Of a stretch of DNA of 64,000 nt, positions 12,558 through 23,900 are shown piece by piece. A program made the position numbers and the translations under genes. Every line of letters begins with the position of its first letter. Position 1 is the stretch's first letter. Under the pieces are notes generated by a model. It did not search any database, was not told where the DNA came from, and worked only from the letters and a program-made list of their open reading frames with translations. The DNA is from Podarcis cretensis (lineage: Eukaryota), in NCBI GenBank assembly GCA_951804945.1, contig OX638156.1, positions 35,030,001 through 35,094,000 on the forward strand. The letters are read 5' to 3'.

Positions 12558-13146
12558 TTTTTTTTAAGTGACTATTAACATTTATGTAAAAATCGATTTC
12601 CCAATAATTGGTCACTCTCTAGGATGACCAAGCAACAGAATCCAGAATGAATCTATACAGAGAGAAGCAAACACAACTCACAATGGTGGACAGATCCACT
12701 GGGGGACACAGTTATCTCCCACCCCCAGCCACTTCCCTAAGAGTGCCCCTTTTACCTTCTTTTATACGCAGGAATAGACACTGTGAAGACACTGTGGGGG
12801 GGGGAAGGCCCACATCTATTCTCCATGCCTAGCACTAGGTGGCCTGGCGTTCACTGACAATGATCTTCACTCTGCTCATGGGCAGGCACCCTCCTCCTGC
12901 ATCCTAACAGCTCCCATGCAATATAAATAGTTGAAGTGCATTTTAAATCCCACCTTTCTTCCATCGTGGAACCCAAAGTGGCATACCTGGGGTTCCCAAG
13001 GCATCTCCCATCCAGGCATCAACCATGTTCAGGCCTGGTTAGTTCTGCAAGGTGGTCACCTTGTGTGCCTGCAGGCTGTATCCCACTGCCCCTCCCAGCA
13101 GAAGGACGTTGTTAGTAATGCCGAGGAGCCACCAAGTGCAGCTCAC

Positions 13147-13308
13147 CTTCTTGTTGAGGGTGTTCCAGCGGGTGTTGATGTCCTCCATGTCATGTTCCAA
13201 GCCCTGGACGTCACAATTCTTTCCTGCACTCTGGATGAGTCCCTGTCTGAGCCCATTGACTTGCTGCAGTTTTGCCTGAAGGGGGTCAACTTGCTCCTTC
13301 TGGAATGT
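13147..13308 (-). CDS. MACF1: MACF1 exon ([11 protein letters not shown]...WNTLNKK), 162 nt, phase 0-0
   Basis: ttcctcag|ACA acceptor, AAG|gtgag donor. Confidence 0.96.
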
Positions 13309-13955
13309 CTGAGGAAACATGGAAGCGGGGGATGGGGGAGGGAGAGACAAAGGATGTGAACCTCCATCACAAATCATCAACTGTCTTACTTAGCCTCTTT
13401 ATTTGCTATAGTTTTATCAGGCCGGGAACTCAGGGCAGCATACTGTACATGATTAGCCCCACTCCAATTTTATCCTAACAACAAACTTGTGAAATAGATG
13501 ATGCATTAGTGGAGATTCTTACTGTCCCAAGGTCAAGATGACTGGCTGTCAGTGAACATCAAGGCTATGGAGGGATTTGAATCCAGGTCTCTGTCAGCAC
13601 ACAACATTGATCTAAATCTAACACCAGACTGGCAAGAAGCTGCTCAGTACTTTCAGGCACCCTTGGCCTGCCTTGTACCCCCAAGACTTTTCGACAACAA
13701 TTCCCATCATTCCTGAATATTGGCAGTGCTGGCTGAGCTGATGCGAGTTGCAGTACAAAATATCTGGAGCACACCCAGTTGATGAAGGCTGCCTTAGGGC
13801 AATCCCTGGAGGCTACTGGCTAACCATTTCATTCTGTCTCCAGCTGTGGCTGAGAGCATCTCCTACATATGAATGCCAGACTTCATTTACAGATCACACC
13901 AACCCATGAATGAAGCTTGCAGACATAGCAAGTTAATGAGAATGGACTAGCTTAC

Positions 13956-14010
13956 TAATTGGCTATCAGTATCTTTAGCTGAGGATATAAAGGTATTTGC
14001 AGAGAGGAAT
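13956..14010 (-). CDS. Candidate MACF1 cassette exon B (FLSANTFISSAKDTDSQL), 55 nt, phase 2-0
   Basis: ctttttccag|A acceptor with U-rich tract, donor TTA|gtaagc; open in the phase-2 frame. Confidence 0.5.
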
Positions 14011-14663
14011 CTGGAAAAAGGTTTTAAACACAAGCAAAAAGAAAGAAAATACTGTGTGCAGCTGAGCTATAAAGGGTATCTCTGTAAAAACCAGCCAGCC
14101 AACCTGATAGACAAGAAGAGTGTTAGCTCTGTTGCATTTAGAGTCGGGAGGAAAAGTCATAGCAACAAATGAGGCTGTACTGAAACACAACATGTGGCCC
14201 TAGAAGGCAAAGTGGCCAGCAGCTACATCTCTCTCCACCACCACCTCCTGCACCAGAAAAGCCAGATTAGCTACACACCCACACTCCTCTGTAAACTTGA
14301 CAGGCACAATTCACTCTCTCTCTTGGAGAAAAGCTTATCCACCTCCCTCTCTCAACACCACTGGAGAGAGCACCACATTCCACAGCATGTTCACACCAGC
14401 TGCACAACTGCTTCCTATACACTGCCTTCCACATGCACAAGGTATCATAAACATATGGAAAGTTTGCTGCATTATCACTCAAAAGGACAAAAGAAAGATG
14501 AGTGCAATTGCTCAATCTCCAAGATCTTCCCACGACCTTGTGAGAGGAAAAAAAGCTCCATAAGGCAAAGCAAGGTTTAGAAATAAAGGGAGGGAAGAAG
14601 GTGCGAGATAAAATCAGGAGAAGGCTGTTCCTATCAGGGAGCCCTGGATCTTCTGAAAAGTAC

Positions 14664-14725
14664 CTGATGACAGACAAGACTCTGACAAAGAGCTGCCATT
14701 TCTCCTTCCCAGGAAAGGGAGGCTC
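14664..14725 (-). CDS. Candidate MACF1 cassette exon A (EPPFPGKEKWQLFVRVLSVI-R), 62 nt, phase 0-2
   Basis: long pyrimidine tract ending ttcacag|GAG, donor CAG|gtactt; frame complements candidate exon B. Confidence 0.5.
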
Positions 14726-16225
14726 CTGTGAAGGGGAAATGGTAGCAGAGGAGGAATTAAGAAAAAGGGGAAGGCAGGTAGCTCCTTCACTTGGGAACAC
14801 TACAGCAGAAGAGGCCATTTAGCCATGTGGGCACGTGAAACGCCAAACCTCTGCAACTCCCAGGAATACATATGATCACAGGTAGGGAAGAATCCAATGG
14901 CTGGAATCAAGAGAGAGTCATATGAACACAAATTCCTACACAAAAGATGCTTCCATGTTGGAATTTGCACTGCCTATTCAAGGCTCAGGAAGGCAATCTC
15001 ATCCAAACTGCTCACTGTCAAGCTAAAGCATCCCTGGAAAGAGACCCTTGGGCCCACTAAGGACCAGTTTAGATATGTTTTGGACTACCTGATTCTCAGC
15101 TTGTTGACTCCCAGCTGCACATGTAAACTGATCTCAGTGACGACGACAAGCCCTGTGTGTTTCTGGGAGTTCTGATAATATACCATGATAGAGCGCATGG
15201 CATGTTGCTCTTTCATGTCACTTGGTTCCCTCCCTGTGGAATGGGAAGAACAGTGGCCTGCTTCACACAGAGCTGGGCAAACTCCAAGGAACCATCAACA
15301 GCAGCCACAGTGGCAGATGACATAGGACTGCTTGCCCTGGATGGTTGCTAAACAGCAGAGGCCCAAAGCCAAGCTGGCAGATGGAAATTAAGGAGGATAT
15401 ACTTTATGCTGCAACTTCCTTTTGTAGGGACAGAGCAAAGGATGAGTTTACTAAACCTGCATCCCAATCCCTTCTGCCTCACTTCCATGTCTGGCGCAAA
15501 ATTTTCACTGTGATCTTCAAAGTTCTTTATAGAGGGCTGGATTTACTATTTTTTTATTTAATGAACACAAAGGAGTTATGTGAGTCAATAAACACCTGAA
15601 GGTTTGATGCTGTCCTGGAGAAACATCAACTGTCATTCCAGCGCCTTCCCCTCCCCCCACCTGACCATATCATTCCTGTTTGATTGGTCTAGCACCTCAT
15701 TCTCTTCCCAGCTGCCTCCCGCTCCTCTTGCTGCCCTTTCTCTCCCAGAACTTCCTTTTAAAATGCACACAGTCCCTTCTCCTTCAGCTTACATTGATTC
15801 AACTTATGGGAAGGGCTGTAGCTGCATGGAAGAGCACCTATCACAAGATGCAGGAATAGTCACCAACCTAGATGGCTTTAAAAAGATTAGACAAATTCAC
15901 AGAGGAGAAGGCTATCAATGGCAATTAGCCACAACGGCTATGCTCTGCCTCCATCACTGCATTCAGGTCCAGGCTTCCCATCTTGCTGGCCAGCCGGAGA
16001 ACAGGATGCTGGATTAGTCAGTTCCTCTGGCCTATCAAGGCTCTTCTTATAATTAACTGCTTTGCATGCAGAAGCTCCTAGATTCCTCCGGGCATACTGT
16101 ATTTACAGGAGGAAAACAGGGCAGTTGCCCAGGGTGGCAAATTAAAGGAAGAGGCATTGCATTTAATCTGTTGGGAGCTGCCCAGAGTTGCTGGGAAACC
16201 CTACTGGATGGGTAGGGTATAAATA

Positions 16226-16265
16226 TATTATTATTATTATTACTATTATTATTATTATTATTATT
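16226..16265. repeat. (TTA)n microsatellite (tail of a LINE remnant)
   Basis: direct reading; preceded by gggtagggtataaat. Confidence 0.9.
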
Positions 16266-16996
16266 ACCACCTCCCCACTGCCCTACAAGACAGCAACTCC
16301 TCTCCTCAGAAGGAGGCGAGAAAAAGGGCAGAAGAGCCTCCCATCCCACCATGCCCTTCGAGCCACACCAGCTGCATGCAGCCCCTGGACTGGTTCTTAC
16401 TCTTTGCACGAAGGCTGCCATCATGCACTGCAAGAGACAGTTCTGTGCACACCTTACTTCGGAGGCAGCAAATGTTTTCTGCTTGGGACAGAAGACAGAA
16501 TAAATACATTCACTGTATCCAAGTAGGGGTGGGAAGGAATCCCTAGAGACCTGCTGCCAGTTGTGTAGATACTCCTGGGCTATATGGACCAATAGTCTGA
16601 CTTAAGATTAGGCATCTTCCTACATCCTGGCAGTCTTCCTTTGGACCTCCATTTTAAAACAAAAAGTTGTCTTTAATGCTTCTTCTTATTGGGCCAACAT
16701 CTATTGGCATATCACTGAGACCAGGTGCAAGGAACCTTTCGCCCTCCAGATGTTGCCAAACTGCAACTCCCATCAGCTCCAGAAAGCATGGCTGAAGACC
16801 AAGGATGGTGGGAGTTGTTGTATTTCAGCAACAACTTGAGGTTCCGCACATCTGGTCTAGGCAAGGAGTTTTGTGTTACTCGAAAGCTACAGACATTGGT
16901 TCAGTTATAACAGAGAGCTTTGTCTTGCTGGGATCCTGCCAAGATACGCCACCTAGAAGAGCCTCTTTCTCATGCTTCATTGGGAGAACCCTTTTT

Positions 16997-17002
16997 TTTA
17001 TT
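16997..17002 (-). terminator. Candidate intronic poly(A) signal (AATAAA) for the unspliced KIAA0754-like mRNA
   Basis: first minus-strand AATAAA I found downstream of the 20977 stop (manual scan), at the end of an AU-rich UTR-like stretch. Confidence 0.35.
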
Positions 17003-18103
17003 AACAAGATTTATCAGGTGCCTTTCCAAAAGATCAAGTCAACACACAGCAATTCTGTAAATATCATATTAAAATGCATGATTTGTGCAGGTGTAAGCGG
17101 TAGAATTCATCTGCTGTGGCATTTAAACACAATTACTTCAAACTACAGACTTTTGTTTTATAACAAAAAAAAAAAAAATTAGATGTGTGATTAAATCCCA
17201 TAGGGCATTTAACCATGACCAAATGTATTAAGGTCCAGAGCTGAAAAAACATTCAAATTTCAAGCAGTGCATTACGCAACATGCCCCCCCCCCCGCAATT
17301 TCTTAGTACCTGGTTGCTGGGGTTTTTTTAAGCTGCTGAGTAATTGCTAGAACACAAGACTCCCAGGACGAAGTCTCTTATTCATCCAATAGCCCTGAAT
17401 CACCACTATTTGTCAGTTTGCCCTACCTCATAGGGGTGTCATGATAAATGTCAGCAGCAGGAGTGGGAGAAAGAAAAAGCACGCTCATACTCATTCACAG
17501 CCTCCCCAGGTGCTCTGGACTCCCACTCCTGCCAACATAGACAATGGTGAGGGATGATGGGAGTTGTAGTCCAAAACACCTGGCAAGGTAGTTTTTGGTG
17601 ATCTTTAAGGAGCCCTTTGCTCCCAGGGGAAAGTGGCACATGAAAAGTAAATCAGCAGCAAAAACCACCAAACTGAAGCAATAAATTGCTCTGTTCATAA
17701 GAAAATGAGGAACAGCAACACATTTCTAAAGCTTTGCAGCCAGCTAAAGATTTACCAGCCACTTCCAAACAAAACTGTGCCCAAACTTCCCTATGGTTTA
17801 CGGAGGGCCCTGAGCGAGACAGCTGCGATGCAAGGCAGCAAGAATCTAAGCTTGGAAAAGTCAGGGGGAAATGTTTTCCTCCCTTGCAACGTTCAGCAAC
17901 TTGTCTCCAGAAATGGGAACATGCCAGGATATTAAATGAAGATGCTGTCCAGAGCTATAGAGCCATTCTGCCATAAGAAGGATTGATGGCAACATAACAG
18001 CAAACGACTCACCCAGCCCTTCTGCTGGGACTGCTTATTTTATATTATATATTTTATAGATAGATATAAATGGAAAGGGCCCTCCTACATGCAACAGCAG
18101 CCA

Positions 18104-18104
<1 letters not shown>

Positions 18105-18137
<33 letters not shown>
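18105..18137. repeat. (CA)n microsatellite
   Basis: direct reading. Confidence 0.95.
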
Positions 18138-18140
<3 letters not shown>

Positions 18141-18229
18141 CAGACCGATAAGCCAGGCATGCAAGCTCTCTGAAGGGACATGCCGCCACCTCTTCCTACA
18201 CGCTCCGGCCATAACCTCAAATACAAAAC

Positions 18230-18330
18230 TTATTTTTAAAACGAACACAGGAGAGGACTCCAAAGCATTTCGCTCTGTTCAAGCAAAATCCCCACCCCCA
18301 CCCGCAATCAGGAACAGCTGCCATATTTGG
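18230..18330. promoter_or_regulatory. Candidate muscle-type enhancer: MEF2 + E-box + CArG
   Basis: TTATTTTTAA 18230-18239; CAGCTG 18315-18320 abutting CCATATTTGG 18321-18330. Confidence 0.4.
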
Positions 18331-19003
18331 GTGGGAATGATCCAGAAACCAGAGACAGGTTTAGTGGGGGAGGCTTAAAAACGCAAAACCCAGCCTTAAC
18401 AACCGCCTCGGCAAAAAATACTTGGAAGCATAGCTTAGAGCTTCAAATACAGAACGCGGAGAGGATGCTAGAGCGCTGGCTGGCTAGCTCTCACTTGGAC
18501 AAAGGCGCAAACCTTTCCCTGATTCAGAGAAGCAAAAGCAGCAGCAGGAGGAAAGACTGGAGGGCAAAAGAAAAGGGAGAACAGACACTAACTGCCTTGC
18601 AATAGGAGGGCCAGCATGTGACCCTTTTCCTCACACCAGCCTTCCCCAACATGGCGCCTTCAAGACACACTGACCTACAACTCCCGTCAGCCCCAGTCAG
18701 CACAGCCAAACTGTAGTTCAAAAAATCTGGATGGTGCTACACTGGGAAGGGCCATTTTTAGACAGTAAATATGTGAGGGGAGAAAAGGGGGGGTCTACCT
18801 CTTCCCACTCTTCATCTTAAGAATCTTACCAGATGCAGAAATGGATGGCTTGACAAAAGTACCTTCTTCCCATCTAGACCAATGAAAAGTTTTGGCGAAC
18901 TTAAAAGCTTCTGTACCATTTTGTGACATTTGGGTTAGCCCAATAGAGAAACTAAATGTGCGTGTGTTTGGGGTGGAGAATGCCAGTCCGTGTTCCTATT
19001 CAC

Positions 19004-19222
19004 AGGAGTCAGTGTGGTGTAGTGGTTAGAGTGCTGGGAAATCAGGCTTCAAATCCCCACTCAGCCATGATGCTCACTGGGTGTGGTCTTGGGCCAGCCA
19101 CTCACTCTCAGTCTAACCCACTTCACAGGGTTGTTGTGATTAAGAAATGGGGAGAAGCTTGTAGGCCATATTGAGCTTCCTGGAGAAAGGTGGGATATAA
19201 ATGTAATGAATGAATGAATGAA
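19004..19222 (+). mobile_element. Older Squam3/MIR-like SINE
   Basis: cagtgtggtgtagtggttagagtg head, CORE-like acagggttgttgtga, (AATG)n tail. Confidence 0.75.
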
Positions 19223-20976
19223 TTTGGAAGCAAGTCCTGCAGAATTACCCAGAAAATAAACAGAATTCATCTGTTTGTTATTCTCTGCTTCCCTGCCCTC
19301 CTAATGATGCTACCAGGCTTTCATTTACAAGATGCTTCTCTCAAGACTCTTTTCTAGTATCCTGTTCCCATTCTTCATGGTAAACCTGCTGACCTCTTTC
19401 TCCTACCTAACAGCTGGTTTATATTTTATCCAAGTGCAAATGCAACACACACACACTTGCAATAAATGTATCATGCAGACACACCAATCAGAAAGCCAGG
19501 AGAAGTCATGGCTTCTTGCCTAATGTACTTGCCTGTTCCCCCATCATCACACAGCTAAAGTGAGAATGGAGGATTAGATCAGGAAAACAAGAGATGGTTG
19601 AGTAAGTGGCAGCAGCTAAACACTCTCTCCCTAGTGCAGTTCCAACCATCCAGTTTGGGGGCTCACAGCTGCTTTGCACCATATTAAAAAGTGGGAGATC
19701 CTATCTCATACCTAGCAGCACAACAGTTTGGCAATGTGTGAAATGCCCCATAACCCCTCATAGCTTCTCTTCTCCCCTGTAGAACCAACCATGGCAACAG
19801 CTAAGAGCACCTTCCATATACTTCCCTGGCTGTTTTGACCCTGGGGTGTTGAGCAAATATCTCCCACTCTGGGCACCATAGGACTGATAATGTTTTCTAT
19901 CAAATAGGTCTCTCTCCTCAGACTCAGCTGGACAGACTGTAATAAACCCAGAGCGATAATTCATGTCAGTTTGGCTTAGCTTGGCATCCCCTGCTCCCCT
20001 CCCCCCCACCTTTCTTCCTAATTACAGGTCTGAACTGTACAGTCTTGGCTGTGGGTGCTGCATTTTTTCACTGAGAAAAACTCAGCCTTCTGCCCACAGT
20101 TGGAGACTGTTTTCCACATATGAATTGAACACTACATCATAGCCCTTCTCAAGCCTCTGGCTACTTCTGCTTTTCTTGTTTTTCAAATGTGCAACTGTCT
20201 GAAGCGTGAGAAATTGCAACCAAGCCAAGTTCCTAGGCAGGGGGGTAGGGGGGAAAAACCAACGTCATGACAGTTTAAAAAGTACAAAAAACTAGCTTAG
20301 CTTGGTTGACAACTGTCAAAATCAGTATCCAAAAGAAAACAATGCCCTTTTATAGACGTTTGGTGCTGCAAACAGACTTGGCACAAAAGATTCTCTTTTC
20401 CAAACCCCTTCTTTACTTGGAGATTTAAATAAAAAGTTTTCAGCAACTTCTTTTCTTCTCTATGGATTTGAAAGAACCTTGACTAGGCAGTTGGTTGGTT
20501 TTTATCATTTATGTAATGTTGTTAGCTGGAATTTGCCTTATACTATTTCCCTCTTAGCAACACATTTTCCCATCTATGAGCTCTGCAGCTACCCACACTT
20601 AATCACAATCTTTCACAAGAAAATGTATAATTTGCTTCTAAGCGCATGAACATAATGCTACTTGAATAAGTCAGTTCAAGACATTGGTGGTGGCAAGAAT
20701 ATTTTTACGTAAGCAAGATAATGACAGGTTTGTTCTTGTTTGAAACCCTCCCCACACCTGAAAAGAAAAAGAAACCCACCAACCCAACACTGTTTCTATC
20801 AAAACCATTAAATCTGCCTACAAAATGTAACCCCCTTTCAAAGGGAAGGAGAACCCAAATTTTAACAAAAGGGAGAAAAAGTCAGGCGTGCTTTGTACTC
20901 CAAATTACATCAGTCAGTCAACTATGGATTAACTCTTCGCTTCCTCCCCAACTCCCTTCCTACAAAAAAAGTAATT

Positions 20977-23900
20977 TTATGTCTGATATGGCAGCGTGTG
21001 GGGACCAGGGGAAACAAATACCTCATTATCTGGAACCAATCCATTCGTTTCAGCAGGAGGCCCTTCAGCAGCGAGGGAAGAAAAGGAGGTACTTTCTGAG
21101 TCTGGCACAGCAGAGGTCAGCTCCTCCTCTCCACTTTCAGGTGCTGCAGAAGAGGGCAGCTGTGGTGTGCTGCAAACTGTATCCCACACTGCTCCAGGTG
21201 CCAGAGAGAAGCCAACTTCTGGTGGCTCTGGCACACCATCTGCACCCAATGGCATAGAGATGGCAAGGCCTTTAATTGCTTGGGCCACCTGAACAGGCTC
21301 CTTGGTGGAAGTGGACATTGTGGCATTGGCCAGCTCTTCCAGAGCAGGCCGTTCCTCTCTACTTAGAGGCATATTTTCCAAGGAGAATGGCACAGAAGCA
21401 GAGGACATCTCCTCTGCATTTGGTAAGAATGATATCAGATCCTCTGCTTTGGGCTCTGAAGTGACTCCTGGAAGACCATCTTGATCACAAACTTCTTTAT
21501 ATCTGGACAAGCAGGCAGCATCCACAACAGGCCCCTCTGCCTCTGGGGTTGAAGCAAGTGAGGATGGCAAAGGCAGGGTGGAACATGTTACAGCTTCTGG
21601 ACCATCAGTGATAGAAGGCTCCACTCCAGCAGAAGGAAAGGGGTCAGCAAGCACCTCTGGGCTATCTGGAGGGGCATCAAGAGCCTTGTCACTAGGGAGG
21701 GGACTGACAGAAGCAGATTCCTCTCCAAAAGAAGAGGCCAAGTCTTCCGAACTGGGCTGTGCAGCAAACAAATCTTCAACAAAAGCTTGTGAGTTGGTAC
21801 ACACAAACTTGGCACTACATTCCTCATCCTTTGTTATCTCACTGTCCCTGCTCTGCCCAAAAAGGAACTCCAAGTCTCCAGCTTCCAAGCAATATCTCTT
21901 CTCTTCCACTGGGCTGCCTTTGGCTGCTGCTGCTGCTCCCTGCTCAACTACCTCTGGTGTTTCCTCCTGGAGAAGGGCTGCACTCGCTGACACTTCTCCA
22001 TCACACAGCAGCCTTGTTAAAGGCTCAAGTTGACACACAGCCTTCAAGTTCTCAGAGGAGCCTACATGTTTTAGAGGCTCCTCAGAGTCCCGCAATACAA
22101 ACTCACTTTGTGAAGGCACCCAAGAACTATCTACATCCTCTATGTCACTAACGTGGCCCCCACAAAGGAGGTTTTCTTTATCCAGTTCTGCAACTTCATC
22201 CTCAGAAACCAGCTCTGGGACATCCCAGTTGGAGAAGTCAGTCCTTTCTGATGGGTTGAGCTCATCGCAAGCCTGCAGCTCTTTCCCCATAGCGCTCACC
22301 ATCTCTTTTGCCAAGCCAAAATCTGGTTGGGAGTCCAGCTCCTCAGCAGTTGTGGCAAGTTCATCATGACTCGGGGATACCTCCTTTGCTTCATAGCAAA
22401 TGACAGGCTGCATTTGCTGCTGCTCAGTTTCTCTGCCAATGGCAAGAACATGGATGCAAGGAGGTGGTTCTCTACAGCAAGGGAAATCAACTGAAGCCAC
22501 AGGTTCACCCATGGCAAAGTCCAACAATCCTTTGACCCTCTGGCTTTCTGCAGGGTCATGACCTGCCAACAGTTCTGCCCCATACTCCTCTATCTGACTA
22601 ACTAAGGATGAGAGTGATTGTTGGGATACAGCATCTTTTTCAAGCGGAGGACTGGAAGATGTCACCTTTTCAGAGTCACCAGAAGTTTCCCGTTCAGAGT
22701 AGCACTCTGAAAGGGTAGCTTCTGCTGTACTTACTGCTTGAGAACCACATGTGGCATCAAAGTCTTCCAGATCTGAGACCACAGCAGAGTCTGCCATGCT
22801 GACTTCAAGGTGAGTCAAGGGCTGGGAGGCTCCCGCCATGTCCTTCTGCATGTCCAGCCCTTCTGAACACTGATTAGCATCCTGCACCTCCAGATCACCT
22901 GGAGCCACTCCATCCCCTCCTTCTTCGAGCATGCAAAGCTTTTCTAGTTCAAGGAACATCTGCACAGAATCCGTGTCAGAGAACTGCTCTGGGGCAAGAG
23001 AGCTGGCACAGGCTTCTAGGCCAGAAGCAAATTCCTCCTCTTCCACTTTGGCTGCTACAGCTTCAGCATTGCAGGCACCAGCCTCCTCCTCCTCCTCAAG
23101 AGTAGCGTTTAAGTCTTGGTGCGTTTCCTGGGGAACGGGAGCAGAGTTGACAGCTCGCAGCTGTGAGTCATCCCACAGCTCTTGCCAGTGAGATGGGTGG
23201 TTAGAGGTCCCTTGGACACCAGCAAAACTCTCTACAGCTTCCGTAACTGTCACGGCTGGAACACTTAATTGTTCCTTTTCTTCAGAAATATCTGTCAAGT
23301 AACAACTTCTTTTCTCAGCAGCCTTCCCTGACAGCAAGCCTTCCTCCCACTCCTCCCCAGCCTCCATCATGATCAATCGCTCATCCTCCTCAAACCTCAG
23401 CTCCGACTCAGTCTTTTCCCGGAGGTTGGGGGCGATGAGAATGCTCATTCCGGGGTCCAGGAGCTCTTCACTCAGGCAAGGAGACAGTGGCACCGTTTCT
23501 ATGACACAGTCTGTGTTGTCTGCCTCCAAGGTGTCATGATGCCCACTGCCAAGGCCTGCTCTGATGGCATTTTTCATCACCCGTGGCCACGTGGCGCTCG
23601 AGAGCCTGTGGTCCCGCCGCCTGCCGCCGGTCAGGTCAACTACCATGTCCTCTGGTCCCAGAAGAGGCTGGCACTCATCCTGAGACAACTCACAGAAGGC
23701 TTCACTTAGCTGCTTCACTTCCTGAATTTCTGGAACTCCAGACAGTTTGGGAATGTGCTCCAGGGTCAACGGCTCTGACATGCATTCCCCCTGGTCGGAC
23801 TGCCTAGGGCTCTCTGCCAACATGGCAGTGGACTCCTGCTTCTCTTGCAAGGATGGGTTAGAAACTCCAGCTTCTGAGACTTCACTCAAGGAGGCCTCAA

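Noticed and set aside
14053-14081. 29-nt exon-like segment just upstream of candidate exon B
   Set aside because: Would leave an intron of only about 42 nt and breaks frame
14267-14536. Possible acceptor (ctctcacaag|GTC) near 14536
   Set aside because: No matching donor identified, and all frames reach stops
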